Assembly (NCBI RefSeq): GCF_006345805.1
Contig: NC_043001.1
Location: 35,650,001-35,714,000, forward strand
DNA: 64,000 nt
DNA from: Octopus sinensis
Taxonomy: Eukaryota
Direction of reading: 5' to 3'
Below, piece after piece: positions 12,907 through 26,035 of this stretch (position 1 is the first letter of the stretch; every line of letters starts with the position of its first letter). The notes beneath the pieces are model-generated. The model did no database searches. It saw only the letters and a program-made list of their open reading frames with translations, and had not been told where the DNA came from. A program made the translations under genes and the position numbers.

Positions 12907-13284
12907 TATTTATTTATTTTTCATTTCGAGTTGTTGATCCCTTATAATGTTATTATTGCCTTTGAGCTGTTGTTGTTTGAACCCATATCAGCTCTGGTTT
13001 AGCAGGCTTATATTCAAACCCAGCCTTTTTCTTGGTCATTGCTATATAGCCCAACGTGACGAGCTGTCATTTTTCAAGGACCTAGAACGTAGATCAAGAG
13101 AGGTTTCGCTGCTATTTCTAATATTTTGAGTGAACACGTAGCGGTACTCTCACTTTAATTTCTGCCTCAATAATTTTCCAATCTGTCGTTGTGTGTATGT
13201 GTGCCATTGTTGTTGCTTCAACTTTTAACTTGATCTTGGTTGGCTGTTTTTCAATTTATCATAGTTTATAAACTCCAGCTTCCA

Positions 13285-13652
13285 TGTATGTATGCATGTA
13301 TGTATGTATGTATGTATGTATGTATGTATGTATGTATGTATGTATGTATGTATGTATGTATGTATGTATGTATGTATGTATGCATGTATGTATGTATGTG
13401 TGTGTATATATATGCATGTATCATTGTACGTATAGGAACATACACAAGCGTGCGCGCGTGTATATGCCAGTTTCTATATAGATGTTTATACACATACTCA
13501 CGTAGACGCGCACACACACACACACACATGATACTCATTTGTATCTATGCACGTGTGTACGTATGTGTACGTATATGTACAGATATATATGTATGCGCAC
13601 ATGTACGTAATTCAGTATGCGTGCGCGTGTGTGTGTTTGTGTGTGTGTGTGT

Positions 13653-13686
<34 letters not shown>

Positions 13687-13740
13687 AGTGTGTGTGTGTG
13701 TCAGTGTGTGTGTGTGTGTCAGTGTGTGTGTGTGTGAGTG
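13285..13740. repeat. (TATG)n and (GT)n microsatellites
   Basis: Directly visible. Confidence 0.95.
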
Positions 13741-14594
13741 CGTTTCGTTGTTGTATGTATATGCATAAATATGTGATTTGTCTGTCTGCGCTCTTATTGT
13801 AGTTTAAGCTTGTCAAATGAGACTTACTCTCAAACGTAGACATTAGCAATTCCTGCCAACATCAATCACGGAACCGGCATCAATGGGAAGTGGCATGGGT
13901 GGAGTGTAGCTGTTCAGGTTTGGGTGGGCCGATGTTGTTACTGACATAATATTAATCCTGCGTTTCATTTATTAATTCACACAGCTCCCTGCCGTGAGTC
14001 GAACAAAATGTAGAAAGAATAAGGACGAACCAAACTCAAGCATCTACCAAAATGGCGAAAGAGGATGTATGACTCAGAATAGCTATACGCTACCTGTACA
14101 CTAAGTGCCCTCCTTCATCAATATTTCGACGTCTCTCCCGCGGAGTTGTTGAAGGTTAGGCTGAAAGGTCATGCGGTACATTTTACATTTATCATTTTAA
14201 GAACAGCTACCTACCCGGAATTAAATTGAGTTTTGCGCCGCTATTAACCGAGAAGTTATATTAGACTCCAAGACTTTACTTTCCTCCTGGCAAAAATATT
14301 ATAAATACAGATGGATATATTAAGGAAACCTGATCACCTCAGTCCTAAATGATACCGGAAACTTAAATTAAAAATGCCAATGTTGTCACCGTCGGCTTTG
14401 ACATCGTTGTTATTGTTATTGTTCTTCTTCTTGCTGTTGTTCTTGCTGTTGTTTTTGTTGTTCTTTTACATCTTTATTTCTGGTCGCAGGTCAGCCTTCA
14501 CTGAACAGAGTCCTAATCAACTACATTTCTTTTATTACCATCCTGTGCATTTCCTCTTTGTAAGATGCTATTATTTAATTCATTCTTTCCTTAT

Positions 14595-14825
14595 ATAACC
14601 ATTTAGCATTTAAACCGGACATGTCACCTAAAGGTTCTACCTGTTTCGTGTTCAAACTAGCCAGATTCGGCCTCTCACACCTACAATGTCATTCTAAAAA
14701 TATACTTTCATGTCGAGAAAATCTCAAAATCTCAAATCTATGAGATAACGCATGATTAATTCAAAACCATGTGAATATATATGAATTATATTTTTTACAG
14801 ATTAATCTGAAGGTTAAAGAGTTAA
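14595..14825. mobile_element. piggyBac-like MITE, degenerate
   Basis: Ends ATAACCATTTAGCATT and AAGGTTAAAGAGTTAA fit a decayed TTAACCCTTTAGCATT...AATGCTAAAGGGTTAA layout. Confidence 0.5.
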
Positions 14826-15156
14826 AGGAGCAGTATATGATTTGAGAGAGAGACTAGCTGCTATTTCGAGTCAACCAAGCGATCGTATAAAGGTTAAAAC
14901 TATATTTAAGTATTTTAACAAGCGACTGATGTCAGTATTGGACAAGATATACGCTGTCAAATGAAAAGTAATATATCTGCCACCTTACTAAAACTCTGAC
15001 ATTCAAGTAAATGAGGGAAGTCTCTATGCAATCTCTTATTCTACTAGAAATAGCAACCAAATACTTGAACAATGCTCGATTAAATCCCTTCATTCGCTAC
15101 AATTTCTAGGCTTCCTAATTTTATGATGTTTTCATATATACAACATATCTTACATA

Positions 15157-15556
15157 GGCGCAGGAGTGGCTGTGTGGTAATTAGCTTGTTTACGAACCAC
15201 ATGGTTCCGGGTTCAGTCCTACTGCGTGGCACCTTGGGCAAGTGTCTTCTACTATAGCCTCGAGCCGACCGAAGCCTTGTGAGTGGATTTGGTAGACGGA
15301 AACTGAAAGAAGCCCGTCGTATATATGTATATATACATATGTATGTGTGTGTATGTGTTTGTGTCTGTGTTTGACAACCGATGCTGGTGTGTTTACGTCC
15401 CTGTAACATAGCGATTCGGCAAAAAGAGACCGATAGAATAAGTACTGGGCTTCCAAAGAATAAATCTTGGTTCGATTTGCTCGATTAAAGGCGGTTCTCC
15501 AGCATGGCCGCAGTCAAATGACTGAAACAAGTAAAAGAGTTAAAGAGTAAAAGAGT
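15157..15556 (+). mobile_element. Family A SINE, full length
   Basis: GGCGCAGGAGTGGCTGTGTGG head through (AAAGAGT)n tail. Confidence 0.9.
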
Positions 15557-16045
15557 TAATATATAATTTTTAAAAAACTGAATTTTAGCTTACACCATCA
15601 ACAGTAAGAAATACTTCAGCTTCCTTTATCTGCTAGTTTTCTATATATTTCAGATAAGTACACCGATAGACCAGTAGAATTAAGATCGTGATAATATTGA
15701 CGAGATTCTGAAAACAATGGAGTGTGGTTGGAGTTTTCATCGCTATAAATGAGATTTTCGTTTTGTTTTCTTTCTGGATTGAGTTTATTATGTATTACTC
15801 TTACACAGCAGAAACAGAACTACTACTACACATCCAGGCACGCACACGCTCATACATACACACAAACATCCAAATAAAGGTTATCCAAGTGATTGGTAAA
15901 GACTCACTTTCTCCTGTCCCGCCCAATCTATCATTACGGCGACGGTCTCTGCTACACGAAAATAAGTGATTGCATAATATCTACATACTGACTCATGTGA
16001 CTCCCCTATGTGTTCCCTTCGAACGCTATATTTCATCTTTTACAG

Positions 16046-16296
16046 AACCCACAGTGACTGATATACGCCATCCGTCTTCCACACGCCACCAAACTTCTAC
16101 AAATTCTCTTCATGACCAAATTTTCCCCTCTTTACCTTCGACCGCTCAAACTGCATGTCAACCACATCTCAATCTAACCAGTTTCGCAGGACCAGTAAAA
16201 GAGATCGAAAACATGGTGGTGTTAACGGCAAACGAAGTTGTAATATCAGAGAACCTTGCGGAAGCTTTCAAAATTATTCATGAAATAATGAACTGA
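16046..16296 (+). CDS. Candidate terminal coding exon of an unidentified gene
   Basis: Acceptor TTTCATCTTTTACAG at 16031-16045, then an open non-repetitive frame (E)PTVTDIRHPSS...VVISENLAEAFKIIHEIMN*. No family recognised and no partner exon identified. Confidence 0.3.
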
Positions 16297-16420
16297 TATA
16301 AAACTGAACCTTCGTTTCTGATATGGTTAAAGTGGATATTTGCCCTTAAAAGTTCATTAAAAATATTAATTATTAATTGAAATGAGTTTTCCGAACTTAT
16401 GTGTGTTTCTTCTAGGGAAC

Positions 16421-16905
16421 CTATTTCTTTATTACCCACAAGGGGCTAAATACAGAGGGGACAAACAAGGACAGACATAGGTATTAAGTCGATTACATCG
16501 ACCCCAGTGCGTAACTAGTACTTAATTTATCGACCCCGAAAGGATGAAAGGCAAATTCGACCTCGGCGGAATTCGAACTCACAACGTAACGCAGACGAAA
16601 TACCGCTGAGCATTTCGCCCGGCGTTCTAACGTTTCTGCCAGTTCTAACGTTTCTGTTTTCTTCTAGGGAACCTATTTCTTTATTACCCACAAGGGGCTA
16701 AATACAGAGGGGACAAACAAGGACAGACATAGGTATTAAGTCGATTACATCGACCCCAGTGCGTAACTGGTACTTAATTTATCGACCCCGAAAGGATGAA
16801 AGGCAAATTCGACCTCGGCGGAATTCGAACTCACAACGTAACGCAGACGAAATACCGCTGAGCATTTCGCCCGGCGTTCTAACGTTTCTGCCAGTTCTAA
16901 CGTTT
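16421..16905 (-). mobile_element. Tandem dimer of a family B1 SINE
   Basis: Two near-identical ~252-bp units; GTTTCTTCTAGGGAACC occurs three times (about 16405, 16657, 16908). Confidence 0.9.
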
Positions 16906-17119
16906 CTGTTTCTTCTAGGGAACCATGTAGTAGGTGAACAAGCTTCTTACCACGCAACCAGAGAGAGAGAGAGAGAGATTTATAAATTATTTATGTATGT
17001 ATATATACATATATGCATGTACGCTTGTACGTATGTATGTATGCATGTATTCTCTTATTCTCTTATATGTTTCACTCCAATGACTGTGGCCATGCTGGAG
17101 CACCGCCATTGTAATCATC

Positions 17120-17372
17120 TTTCCACTTTCCACCTTTGTCGGAGTGGCTTCTGGTAAAGGATGGAGTTCGATGCTACTGCCCTCTTTTGAGCTTCTTGCT
17201 TAGATATTGGCTCATCCGGGATCTCGGCGAGCCAGAGGTCAAATTCAAGTTTGAAAACGTCTACATCCACTCCATGGAGGCTCCTCAGATGCTTCGGCAG
17301 GCAATTAAACAACTGTGGGCCCTTGAAACCCAAGCTATTGCAGTACCTCCTCCTTGCCCGAGAAGTATGTAT
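17120..17372 (-). mobile_element. 3' end of LINE ORF2 (CR1/L2-type)
   Basis: NSLGFKGPQLFNCLPKHLRSLHGVDVDVFKLEFDLWLAEIPDEP matches the conserved GP.LFN.LP...FK..LD..L...PDEP C-terminus of CR1-group LINEs. Confidence 0.82.
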
Positions 17373-17847
17373 GTAATATATGTATGTATGCAAAAAGAGA
17401 GAGGAAAGAAAGATAAAGAAGAGAAAAGTAATCAAGAATTGGTAAATGAGAAGAGCCATAAGACTAATAGCATTGGAAAAGACATGAGGAATACAGATTA
17501 TTTGATGGAATAGTGAAAGAAAGCACCGATAGAAATATTTCAAAAGGAAACTTAGTTTCTAGTTAAATATGAGGAGCTTCGAATGCCAAAGTGTGGGAGT
17601 AAAGTGACTAGAATTATGGTAAATTATAACTTTAATAGAGGTTGTCGTTTGTGGCGTCTTTGAGAATAACGAGGGAATTAAGAGACGGAAAGTTTGAACG
17701 AAAATGTAGTCAAATATTGAGGCAATCTTGCGAGAATATCTGAAGAACTGGGATAGACATTCTTTTAGAGCGAATGAAGCCAGAGGGTTCTAAGAGAAAA
17801 AACTAATTGTCAGACAAACGTCGAAATCGAAAATAAGTTGGTAAATG

Positions 17848-17849
17848 GT

Positions 17850-17889
<40 letters not shown>

Positions 17890-18250
17890 AACTCAGATCA
17901 GCAGAGAGCTCGTACACAGACATGTAGATATAAAAATATGCAGAGAGACAAACACACCGAGACTGACAGAGAGAAAGACAGACAGACAGAGACAAAGAAA
18001 GAAAGAAAGAAAGAAAGAAAGAGAGGAAGGAAGGCAGGAAGAAAGGAAGGAAGAGAGGAAGGAAGGCAAGGAAAAAAGAAAGAAAGAATGAAAGAGAGAC
18101 TAAGAGAGAGGAGAACGAAGGAAAGAGACTAAATCAGACAACCTACAAGCACGGCGTTGTTGAGTTTATTGTTGATGAAGCTGATGATGATGATGATGAT
18201 GATGATAATGATGGTGGTGGTGGTGGTGATGGTGGTGGTGGTGGTGATGA
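17848..18250. repeat. (GA)n/(GAAA)n/(GGAA)n purine tract followed by (GAT)n/(GGT)n
   Basis: Directly visible. Confidence 0.9.
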
Positions 18251-18561
18251 TGATGTTGAAGTGCCGGCACTGATTGTAGGGCGGGTGACACGGGTGGAAA
18301 TAATCTAGATGTGCTGCCCTTGTTGTTGTTGGTGGTGGTGGTGATAGTATTCAAATTAAACTTGCAGAAAAGGAAAAGAGTGAGTAATGGGGTGGGGAAT
18401 AGGGATTCGGTATTTAATAAATATTAATTAACATAAAATTGGTATCTGAGAGACAATAATCACACGAGAGCTGATACTAAAATCGATAGCAGAAACATGG
18501 TAAAATATGAAAATCCAAACTGGACAAGTTACACACACAAGCATACGTGTGAACGTGTATG

Positions 18562-18595
<34 letters not shown>

Positions 18596-18602
18596 ATATA
18601 TA

Positions 18603-18910
18603 TATCACGTGATCATGTGACCGACCTATCAGATTTTCCTACACATCGCTGGTCACAATGCGCTTCGCATTGTTTTAGCCTTCAAATGATGCCACCCCGC
18701 TGGCTAAGCGAGCAGGCCACCAGAAGAAAGAGTGAGAAAAAGTTGCGGCGAAAGAGTACAGCAGGGATCGACGCCACCCTCCCTGCCGGAGACTCGTGGA
18801 GGTTTACGTGTGTTTCGCTCAATAAACACTCACAACGCCCGGTCTGCGAATCGAAACCGCGATCCTACGACTGCGAGTCCACTGCCCTAGCCACTGGGCC
18901 ATTACGTCTC
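18603..18910 (-). mobile_element. tRNA-derived SINE (family E)
   Basis: Minus-strand head TGGCCCAGTGG...GGTTTCGATTC; head and body shared with 41048-41345 and 45742-46020, tail shared with 54845-54955. Confidence 0.8.
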
Positions 18911-19774
18911 AACGTGCATAAATATATATATATATATATAAACACATGACATACATACGAGCATACATATATACATACGTACACATAAATATATATAAGT
19001 GTGTGTGTATATGTATGTATATGTATATGTATACACACACACTCACACACAAGCATCTACATATACATTGAACAATGATCGAGTTGTAGTCAGAATCAGA
19101 TCTGAAGTATTCACAGTGTCTTTTACCGTAGCCTCCGTGGGACCCAAGAATTTGAAGTGAAACCGGATAGACGGAAACTTTGTGGAAGCCCCTCAGATTG
19201 ATTGACTTTCAGTTTACAATTCCAGCTGTTTCATACACTATTGCGTCACACTGATTCGGCCTGAAACTACGTTAACAGTATACTTACTGTGGAGCACTCT
19301 ATCACTCAATCTATCTGGCACGTATGAATGACGAAGCCACCTTGAGCATAATCCTATGAACCCAGAAATTGAAAATAGAGGGTTACCCACTTGCAAACAA
19401 ATGTGGTAACATATAACAATATTGACCAAGGTTACCGTGGTCTTTTTCGTAGGCTTTCCCCTTTACACCATACATCATAACACTGTGATACACGATCCCA
19501 GGTGATCGTTTTTTTTCCCTCTTCCCCCTTTTTTCCCCTTTTTTCTTCTTTTTTTCATTTCTCTTTTCTTTTGTTCCTTTTCCTTCTTTCCTTTTTTCTT
19601 TTTTTAATTTTATTTTTTGTTCTTTTTTTTCCCTTTTACGATCCCTTTTGATCGAAAACCTACGCCACCTTTTTTTTGTTTCTTTTGTTTTTTGTTTTTT
19701 CATCCCCCAAAAGAAAAGCTCTACCTTGTAACTTGTCCCATCTGTGTGCAGCCCTGTGTGGCTAATAAAGAAAC

Positions 19775-19878
<104 letters not shown>

Positions 19879-19959
19879 ATATATATATATATATTATATA
19901 TATATATATATATTATATATATATATATGTATATCTTCCTACCTATCAATCTATATATA

Positions 19960-20015
<56 letters not shown>

Positions 20016-20037
20016 TATATATAATATATATATATAT

Positions 20038-20089
<52 letters not shown>

Positions 20090-21117
20090 CATTATTAGCC
20101 GACAATGATTTAATGAAACATCTCAATTGCTTGAGACAGCCTTCATATGTCTCGTGTCAGTGTCTCCCTTCGGTTGATTCACCCCGTTGAATCCAACAGA
20201 AATGGTTAGAGTTGGAAAACAGTTTTAACAAGGAAAGGATAACTGGGGATGGGAAAAACAGAAGAAATGCAGACACATAAGGGAAGGATGATGTCTGGAA
20301 TGTGTGTGTGTATGTGAGGGAGAATTGAAAAGAAGACATGACTAATGGTTGTCCGAACCAATATTCACTTGGTGATCGCCACAGCAATGTGGATAACATG
20401 TCAACAATTGTCCGATGTAATAAGCAAGATAATATGGCGTCCGATATGTCTATAAAGCCAGATAATATACGGAAGAAAGCAGACATACGTTCACAAAGCC
20501 ACATAGAAATTACACACAAATGCATGTGCGGACACACACACATGCACATGAGTGTGTATATATGTGTGTGTGTTTATGTGTGTAAGCATGTATGTTTGTA
20601 AATGTATTTATATGTGTATATGTGTGTGTTAGTATATATGTGTTTGTATATATGTGTGTGTATGTATGCATGTATGAGTGTGTATGCGCGCACGCATTTA
20701 TGCTTGCGTACTAGTGCTTGCAAGGCTGTACATAATAATTGACAGATGATTCTCCGTCGTTTTCGATGGTGAGCAGTCACTAGTTAAGACGACTAATATA
20801 GTTACCCACTAAATTGTTATAGAAGTAGTTGAGTATACCATAGTCGTCTCAGTCCTTAAGGTTATATTCAGGGTGTTACACAATATGTGAAAGGGTGAAT
20901 TTTTATATTACAGCTACAGTCAATCAGACAGGTGTTCCACACATTTGACTCTACACAATTTTTCTCCGTAATACTGGGCGAAGCAGAACTCTATAGTAAA
21001 AGAAAGAAAACCTCAACTAGGATGTAATGAATTTCGAACACGAAATCTCGTAATTTTAAAACGTATTTCTTAACCACTCACGTAATTCAGATTCAGTAAT
21101 CGTTAGAAACACAAGTA

Positions 21118-21375
<258 letters not shown>

Positions 21376-21376
21376 A

Positions 21377-21407
<31 letters not shown>

Positions 21408-22013
21408 AAACTACAAGAAAGTTAGGGGTTGTGAATCCAACCCACTAAGGGATAATATCTATCCAATATACTGTTGGTAGAATACCCAATTATTAATCCA
21501 CAAGTGGTTTTTATTGCATTGCAATAACATTACCTAGTGTATTAAATGGGTGAAGGTAAAAAGATATTTTACCATTAATTTATATAGCAATAAGAAAATG
21601 GAGGAGAACAATAGGTTGTTCATCAACTTTTAGACATTATATTATGTTAACTTATTTATTTATTAAACTGATAATTATGATAACATACATACATATAGCA
21701 TATTATTCTTTGCATATAAGATATAAGATATATAATATAGTAATATATAAGGAAACCAGTAATTATTATAAAAAAACATGAATATAAATTGGTAAAATAA
21801 CTTCATTTTTTTTAATAATAATTACTGGTATCCTTATATAATACTATATTTTATATCTTATATTTTATATGTTAAGAATAATATGCTATCTGTATGTACG
21901 TTATAATTATCAGTTTAATAAATAAATAAGTTAACATTTTAAGTTGATGAACCTCCTATTGCTCTCCTCCATTTTCTTATTTGCGATATATATATCTATA
22001 TATATATATACAT

Positions 22014-22065
<52 letters not shown>

Positions 22066-22168
22066 AGTTAATCCAAATATGAAAACACAAAGAGAAAACA
22101 CAACAACGCGAGGACGTGGAACGAGTATAGTATTATTGGACGCTCAGGAAAGAAGGAAAGAAGGAGGG

Positions 22169-22201
22169 TTTAACGTTTCGAGCGGAGCTCTTCGTCAGAA
22201 A
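22169..22201 (-). ncRNA. Minimal type I hammerhead ribozyme motif within a family D repeat (22066-22260)
   Basis: Minus strand TTT-CTGACGA-A-GAGC-TCC-GCTC-GAAA-C-GT-T-AAA: CUGANGA and GAAA cores, 4-bp stem II, 3-bp stem I, palindromic ACGU stem III, GUU cleavage triplet, one extra A after A9. Confidence 0.7.
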
Positions 22202-22570
22202 TATAGGAATAGGAAAGATCCAAAGAAGGGAAGACAAGGAAAAAAAATTGCCAACGTCGTATTTATGTATGTATGCATGTATGTATACGTGCGTGTGTGT
22301 GTGTTGTGTGTACATATGTGTGTGTGTATATGGACAAGCAGACTCAAAAGTGGATTGTGTTGGTCTGCGCCGACAAGACAAATATACTATGTGTAAAAGC
22401 GATAAGGAATTCATTGAACTTTCGGTGAGATATGGAAAATGCAACGCTTCGAAGAGAGTTCCATCAAAGTGAAGTTGAAAGGAAAGAAATTAATGGAGTG
22501 TGTAGTGTTTTACATCGTCTAAATTTTTTTAAAATCTTGCTATACATATGTATATATGTATATGTGTTTG

Positions 22571-22652
<82 letters not shown>

Positions 22653-22994
22653 AGCTACGAATTTTCCGTTTGTAACGTTTTTGTCAAATTTTTGGAACAT
22701 ATTTAATGTAAAGCAAAGTACTTTCTTCTTACTTTTTTACTCATTCTGTAGAATATTTAGATCAATAATTTTGGGCAACATCTTTTTCTGTCTCTTAACT
22801 CTTTCTCTGTCTCTCTTTTGCCTTCCTTCATCTCTCTTATTTTCTCTTACCCTCTTTCTTTCCATTTCTAACACTTTCCTCTATGTCGTATCTGTGCCTC
22901 TGCCCTCCATCACTCTTTCTCTCTCTTACCACTACCACGTGAGCTGTGACCGCTCACATCTCTGTCGTCCATTTCCTTTTTCGCCTCATCTTCT

Positions 22995-23365
22995 TTTATT
23001 CTCTTACTTGTCTCATGCTGGAGCACTGCCTTAAAGGGTTTTAGTCAAAGAAATCGACCCCAGGACTTATACTTTGTAAGCCTAGTACTTAGTCTAACTC
23101 TTGCCCAGCCGCTGAGTTACGGGACTTAAACACAACAGCATCGGTTGTTAAGTGATTGCGGTTGGAACAAACACACACACACAGACACACACATACATAT
23201 ACGACGAGATTCTTTCAGTTTCCGTCTACCAAATCCACTCACAAGATTTTGGTTGGTCCGAGGCTATACTAGGAGACATTTGCCCAAGTTGCCACGCAGT
23301 GGGACTGAACCCGAAACCATGCGGCTGGGAAGCAATATGCTTACCACACAGCCCCAGCTGCGCCC
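22995..23365 (-). mobile_element. Family A SINE, diverged
   Basis: Alignable head, body and tail. Confidence 0.8.
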
Positions 23366-23822
23366 TTATATATATATATATAAGGTAAGGGTTTACATAC
23401 GTTAAGCAAGCCCAGTGTGCAAGAGAATATTGGAAAGGACCACCTATGGGAAATTAACCTTTTATCTATCGATTGCTTTTCATTGAGCGCGCGTATACAT
23501 ACACTAACACTCACACACATAACCAGCACATTATATATATATACATATATATATATATTGTGGTGTGTGTGTGTGTGTGCGTGCGTACAGGTATCCCCCA
23601 TCAGTACAAAAAATTATGTCCTCCTTTGCGATAATCCTTACTACCACTCACGTATTTCCCTTTTGGTTATCTGTATGTTACATACAACTGGAGATAAGTT
23701 CCGAGTCATTTCTCTCGCATTCTTTTTTTTTAGGGATAGTGGGTGGCTGGGGTGGGGAGAATGGGATACAGTCACACCTGCATGTCGGAGAAAAACTGTA
23801 AACACAAACAATAAAGGATTTG

Positions 23823-23886
<64 letters not shown>

Positions 23887-23947
23887 CTATCTATCTACTA
23901 TCTATCTATCCATCTATCTCGCTTTCTCTCTCTCCCTTTATATATAT

Positions 23948-24006
<59 letters not shown>

Positions 24007-24036
24007 GTATATATATATATATATGTATATAATATA

Positions 24037-24102
<66 letters not shown>

Positions 24103-24107
<5 letters not shown>

Positions 24108-24206
24108 AAAGTTTACGAAAAAAACAAGAGACAGGTGGTGTACAAAACAAACAGATGTATTAGTATAATGCTCAGGAATAGAAAAATTATTTTACGTTTC
24201 GAGCCT

Positions 24207-24207
<1 letters not shown>
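24103..24207 (-). repeat. Truncated family D repeat
   Basis: GACAGGTGGTGTA..AACAAACAGATGTATTAGTATAA shared with 21233; ends at ACGTTTCGAGCC then (TA)n. Confidence 0.7.
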
Positions 24208-24283
<76 letters not shown>

Positions 24284-25228
24284 ACTATATGACGAGAGAT
24301 ACAGTAAGGAATAAATAAAACTAAACTAATATCATAGTCGTCAGCGCAAAAGATATCTCTACGTTGACATGTTGACATAGTGTTTTTTTTTATTACCTCA
24401 GACTCAAGAACAGAAATGATAAATTAAAAGAAGTGAGACCTGTACAATATGAGTGGAAATATTCCATGATGAGAGTTCATAGCAAATCCAGGTCAGGTGA
24501 ATTGTTTTCTGCACGAACATGCAATTGGAGGAGGGTGCGTGTAGGTATTAGCAAGAATGTTGAAAGCAAAGAAGAATAAAATTAACTACAGGAACAAAAA
24601 TGAAATATTTAAAAACAAAATTAATAATAAAAATATCAACAGAAGAGACACTACTGGAGAAAGAAACGGAGTGGTTCAATTAAAATGTGACACGAAACAC
24701 GTATTTCTAGACAATAATTCTTTTATGCATATATACGTATCCGAATTTTAGTGTCTAAAATTGTCGAAATTTATACGAGTTTCCGTAAACATGGATTTAT
24801 AGATCGTATTCTGAGATTTGTTATCAAAAATTTACAGTTTCTGTCAGCAGAAATGTCGAAAGGTATCATAATTTCGTAAGCAAACAAAACAATTTATAGT
24901 ATTTTTGTAGTGCGATGTATTTTTAATATATTTTCTGAGATGGTTTCAGTGCAATGGTTTTACAACCATTTTCTCATCTTGGACATTAATTTGTGCTGTT
25001 ATTCACGTAACATTGCGATTCATCATATGACGATATTCAAGAGCACGAAAATATGCAAGCAGATGCACACACGCACACGCGTATGCACATATATAATATA
25101 TATTATATATATATATACAAAGAGCAATAAATTCAGTTAATTTAAAAAATTTACTGAATATGGTACCTAACTTAGATGCACCAAAAAAAACTATACTGAT
25201 TTAACATACAGTAATGGGGTGATTATAA

Positions 25229-25895
25229 GCGAGAAAGAAGCAACAAGAATGGATAGGTTTTTAGTACGATCGTTTCATACAAGGACAGGGTTTTTATTAA
25301 AAGTTGCAAAGATTACAGCATATAAACGAGTCCCGTACTCATCAGCTAAAATACATGTAAGTTCTCTAGACATCCTAGTGTTTGAGGCTATACTCATGAA
25401 GTAATGTAGATAATTAAACAGATTTCTAAAGTTCATTAAAGTTCTTTAAAGATGATGTACAGTCTTATCACAGAATTTTAAAAAAGTTTTGATAGCATCA
25501 CAGAGAAGTGACCTAATCCATATGAATTTCATAGATATGATGAGGGATTATATACTCACAGAGTAATATACTCGTGAGTAATCCCTCATCATATCTATGG
25601 AAATTCATATGGATTAGGTCACCTTCTCTGTGATGCTATCAAAACTTTTTTAAAATTCTGTGATAAGACTGTACATCATCTTTAAAGAACTTTAATGAAC
25701 TTTAGAATCTGTTTAATTATCTACATTACTTCATGAGTATAGCCTCAAACACTAGATGTCTAGAGAACTTACATGTATTTTAGCTGATGAGTACGGGACT
25801 CGTTTATATGCTGTATCTTTGCAACTTTTATAAAACCTGTCTTTTATGAAACGATCGTACTAAAAACCTATCCATTCTTGTTGCTTCTTTCTCGC
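25229..25895. mobile_element. Foldback/MITE-like palindromic element, copy 1 (arms about 320 bp)
   Basis: 25229-25550 is the reverse complement of 25579-25895; ends GCGAGAAAG...CTTTCTCGC with TA-rich flanks. Confidence 0.85.
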
Positions 25896-26035
25896 GTATA
25901 TATATAATATATATATATATAAAAGAGCAATAAAGATTCAGTTAATTTAAAAAATTACTTGAATATGGTACCTAACTTAGATGCACCAAAAAAACTATAC
26001 TGATTTAACAATACAGTAATGTGGGGTGATTATAA

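Noticed and set aside
14047-14076. YY1-like CAAAATGGCG and AP-1 TGACTCA close together
   Set aside because: Short motifs expected by chance in 64 kb; no linked gene start identified.
16405-16923. Three 17-bp direct repeats at regular spacing, superficially CRISPR-like
   Set aside because: The intervening units are ~235 bp, identical and SINE-derived; no cas genes; eukaryotic context.
20338-20601. 87-aa ORF with non-repetitive first half
   Set aside because: No family recognised, runs into a (TG)n tract, no convincing splice signals.
25783-25810. CTGATGAG followed by a small hairpin in the foldback arm
   Set aside because: No GAAA core after the stem (GTTT instead), so not a hammerhead.
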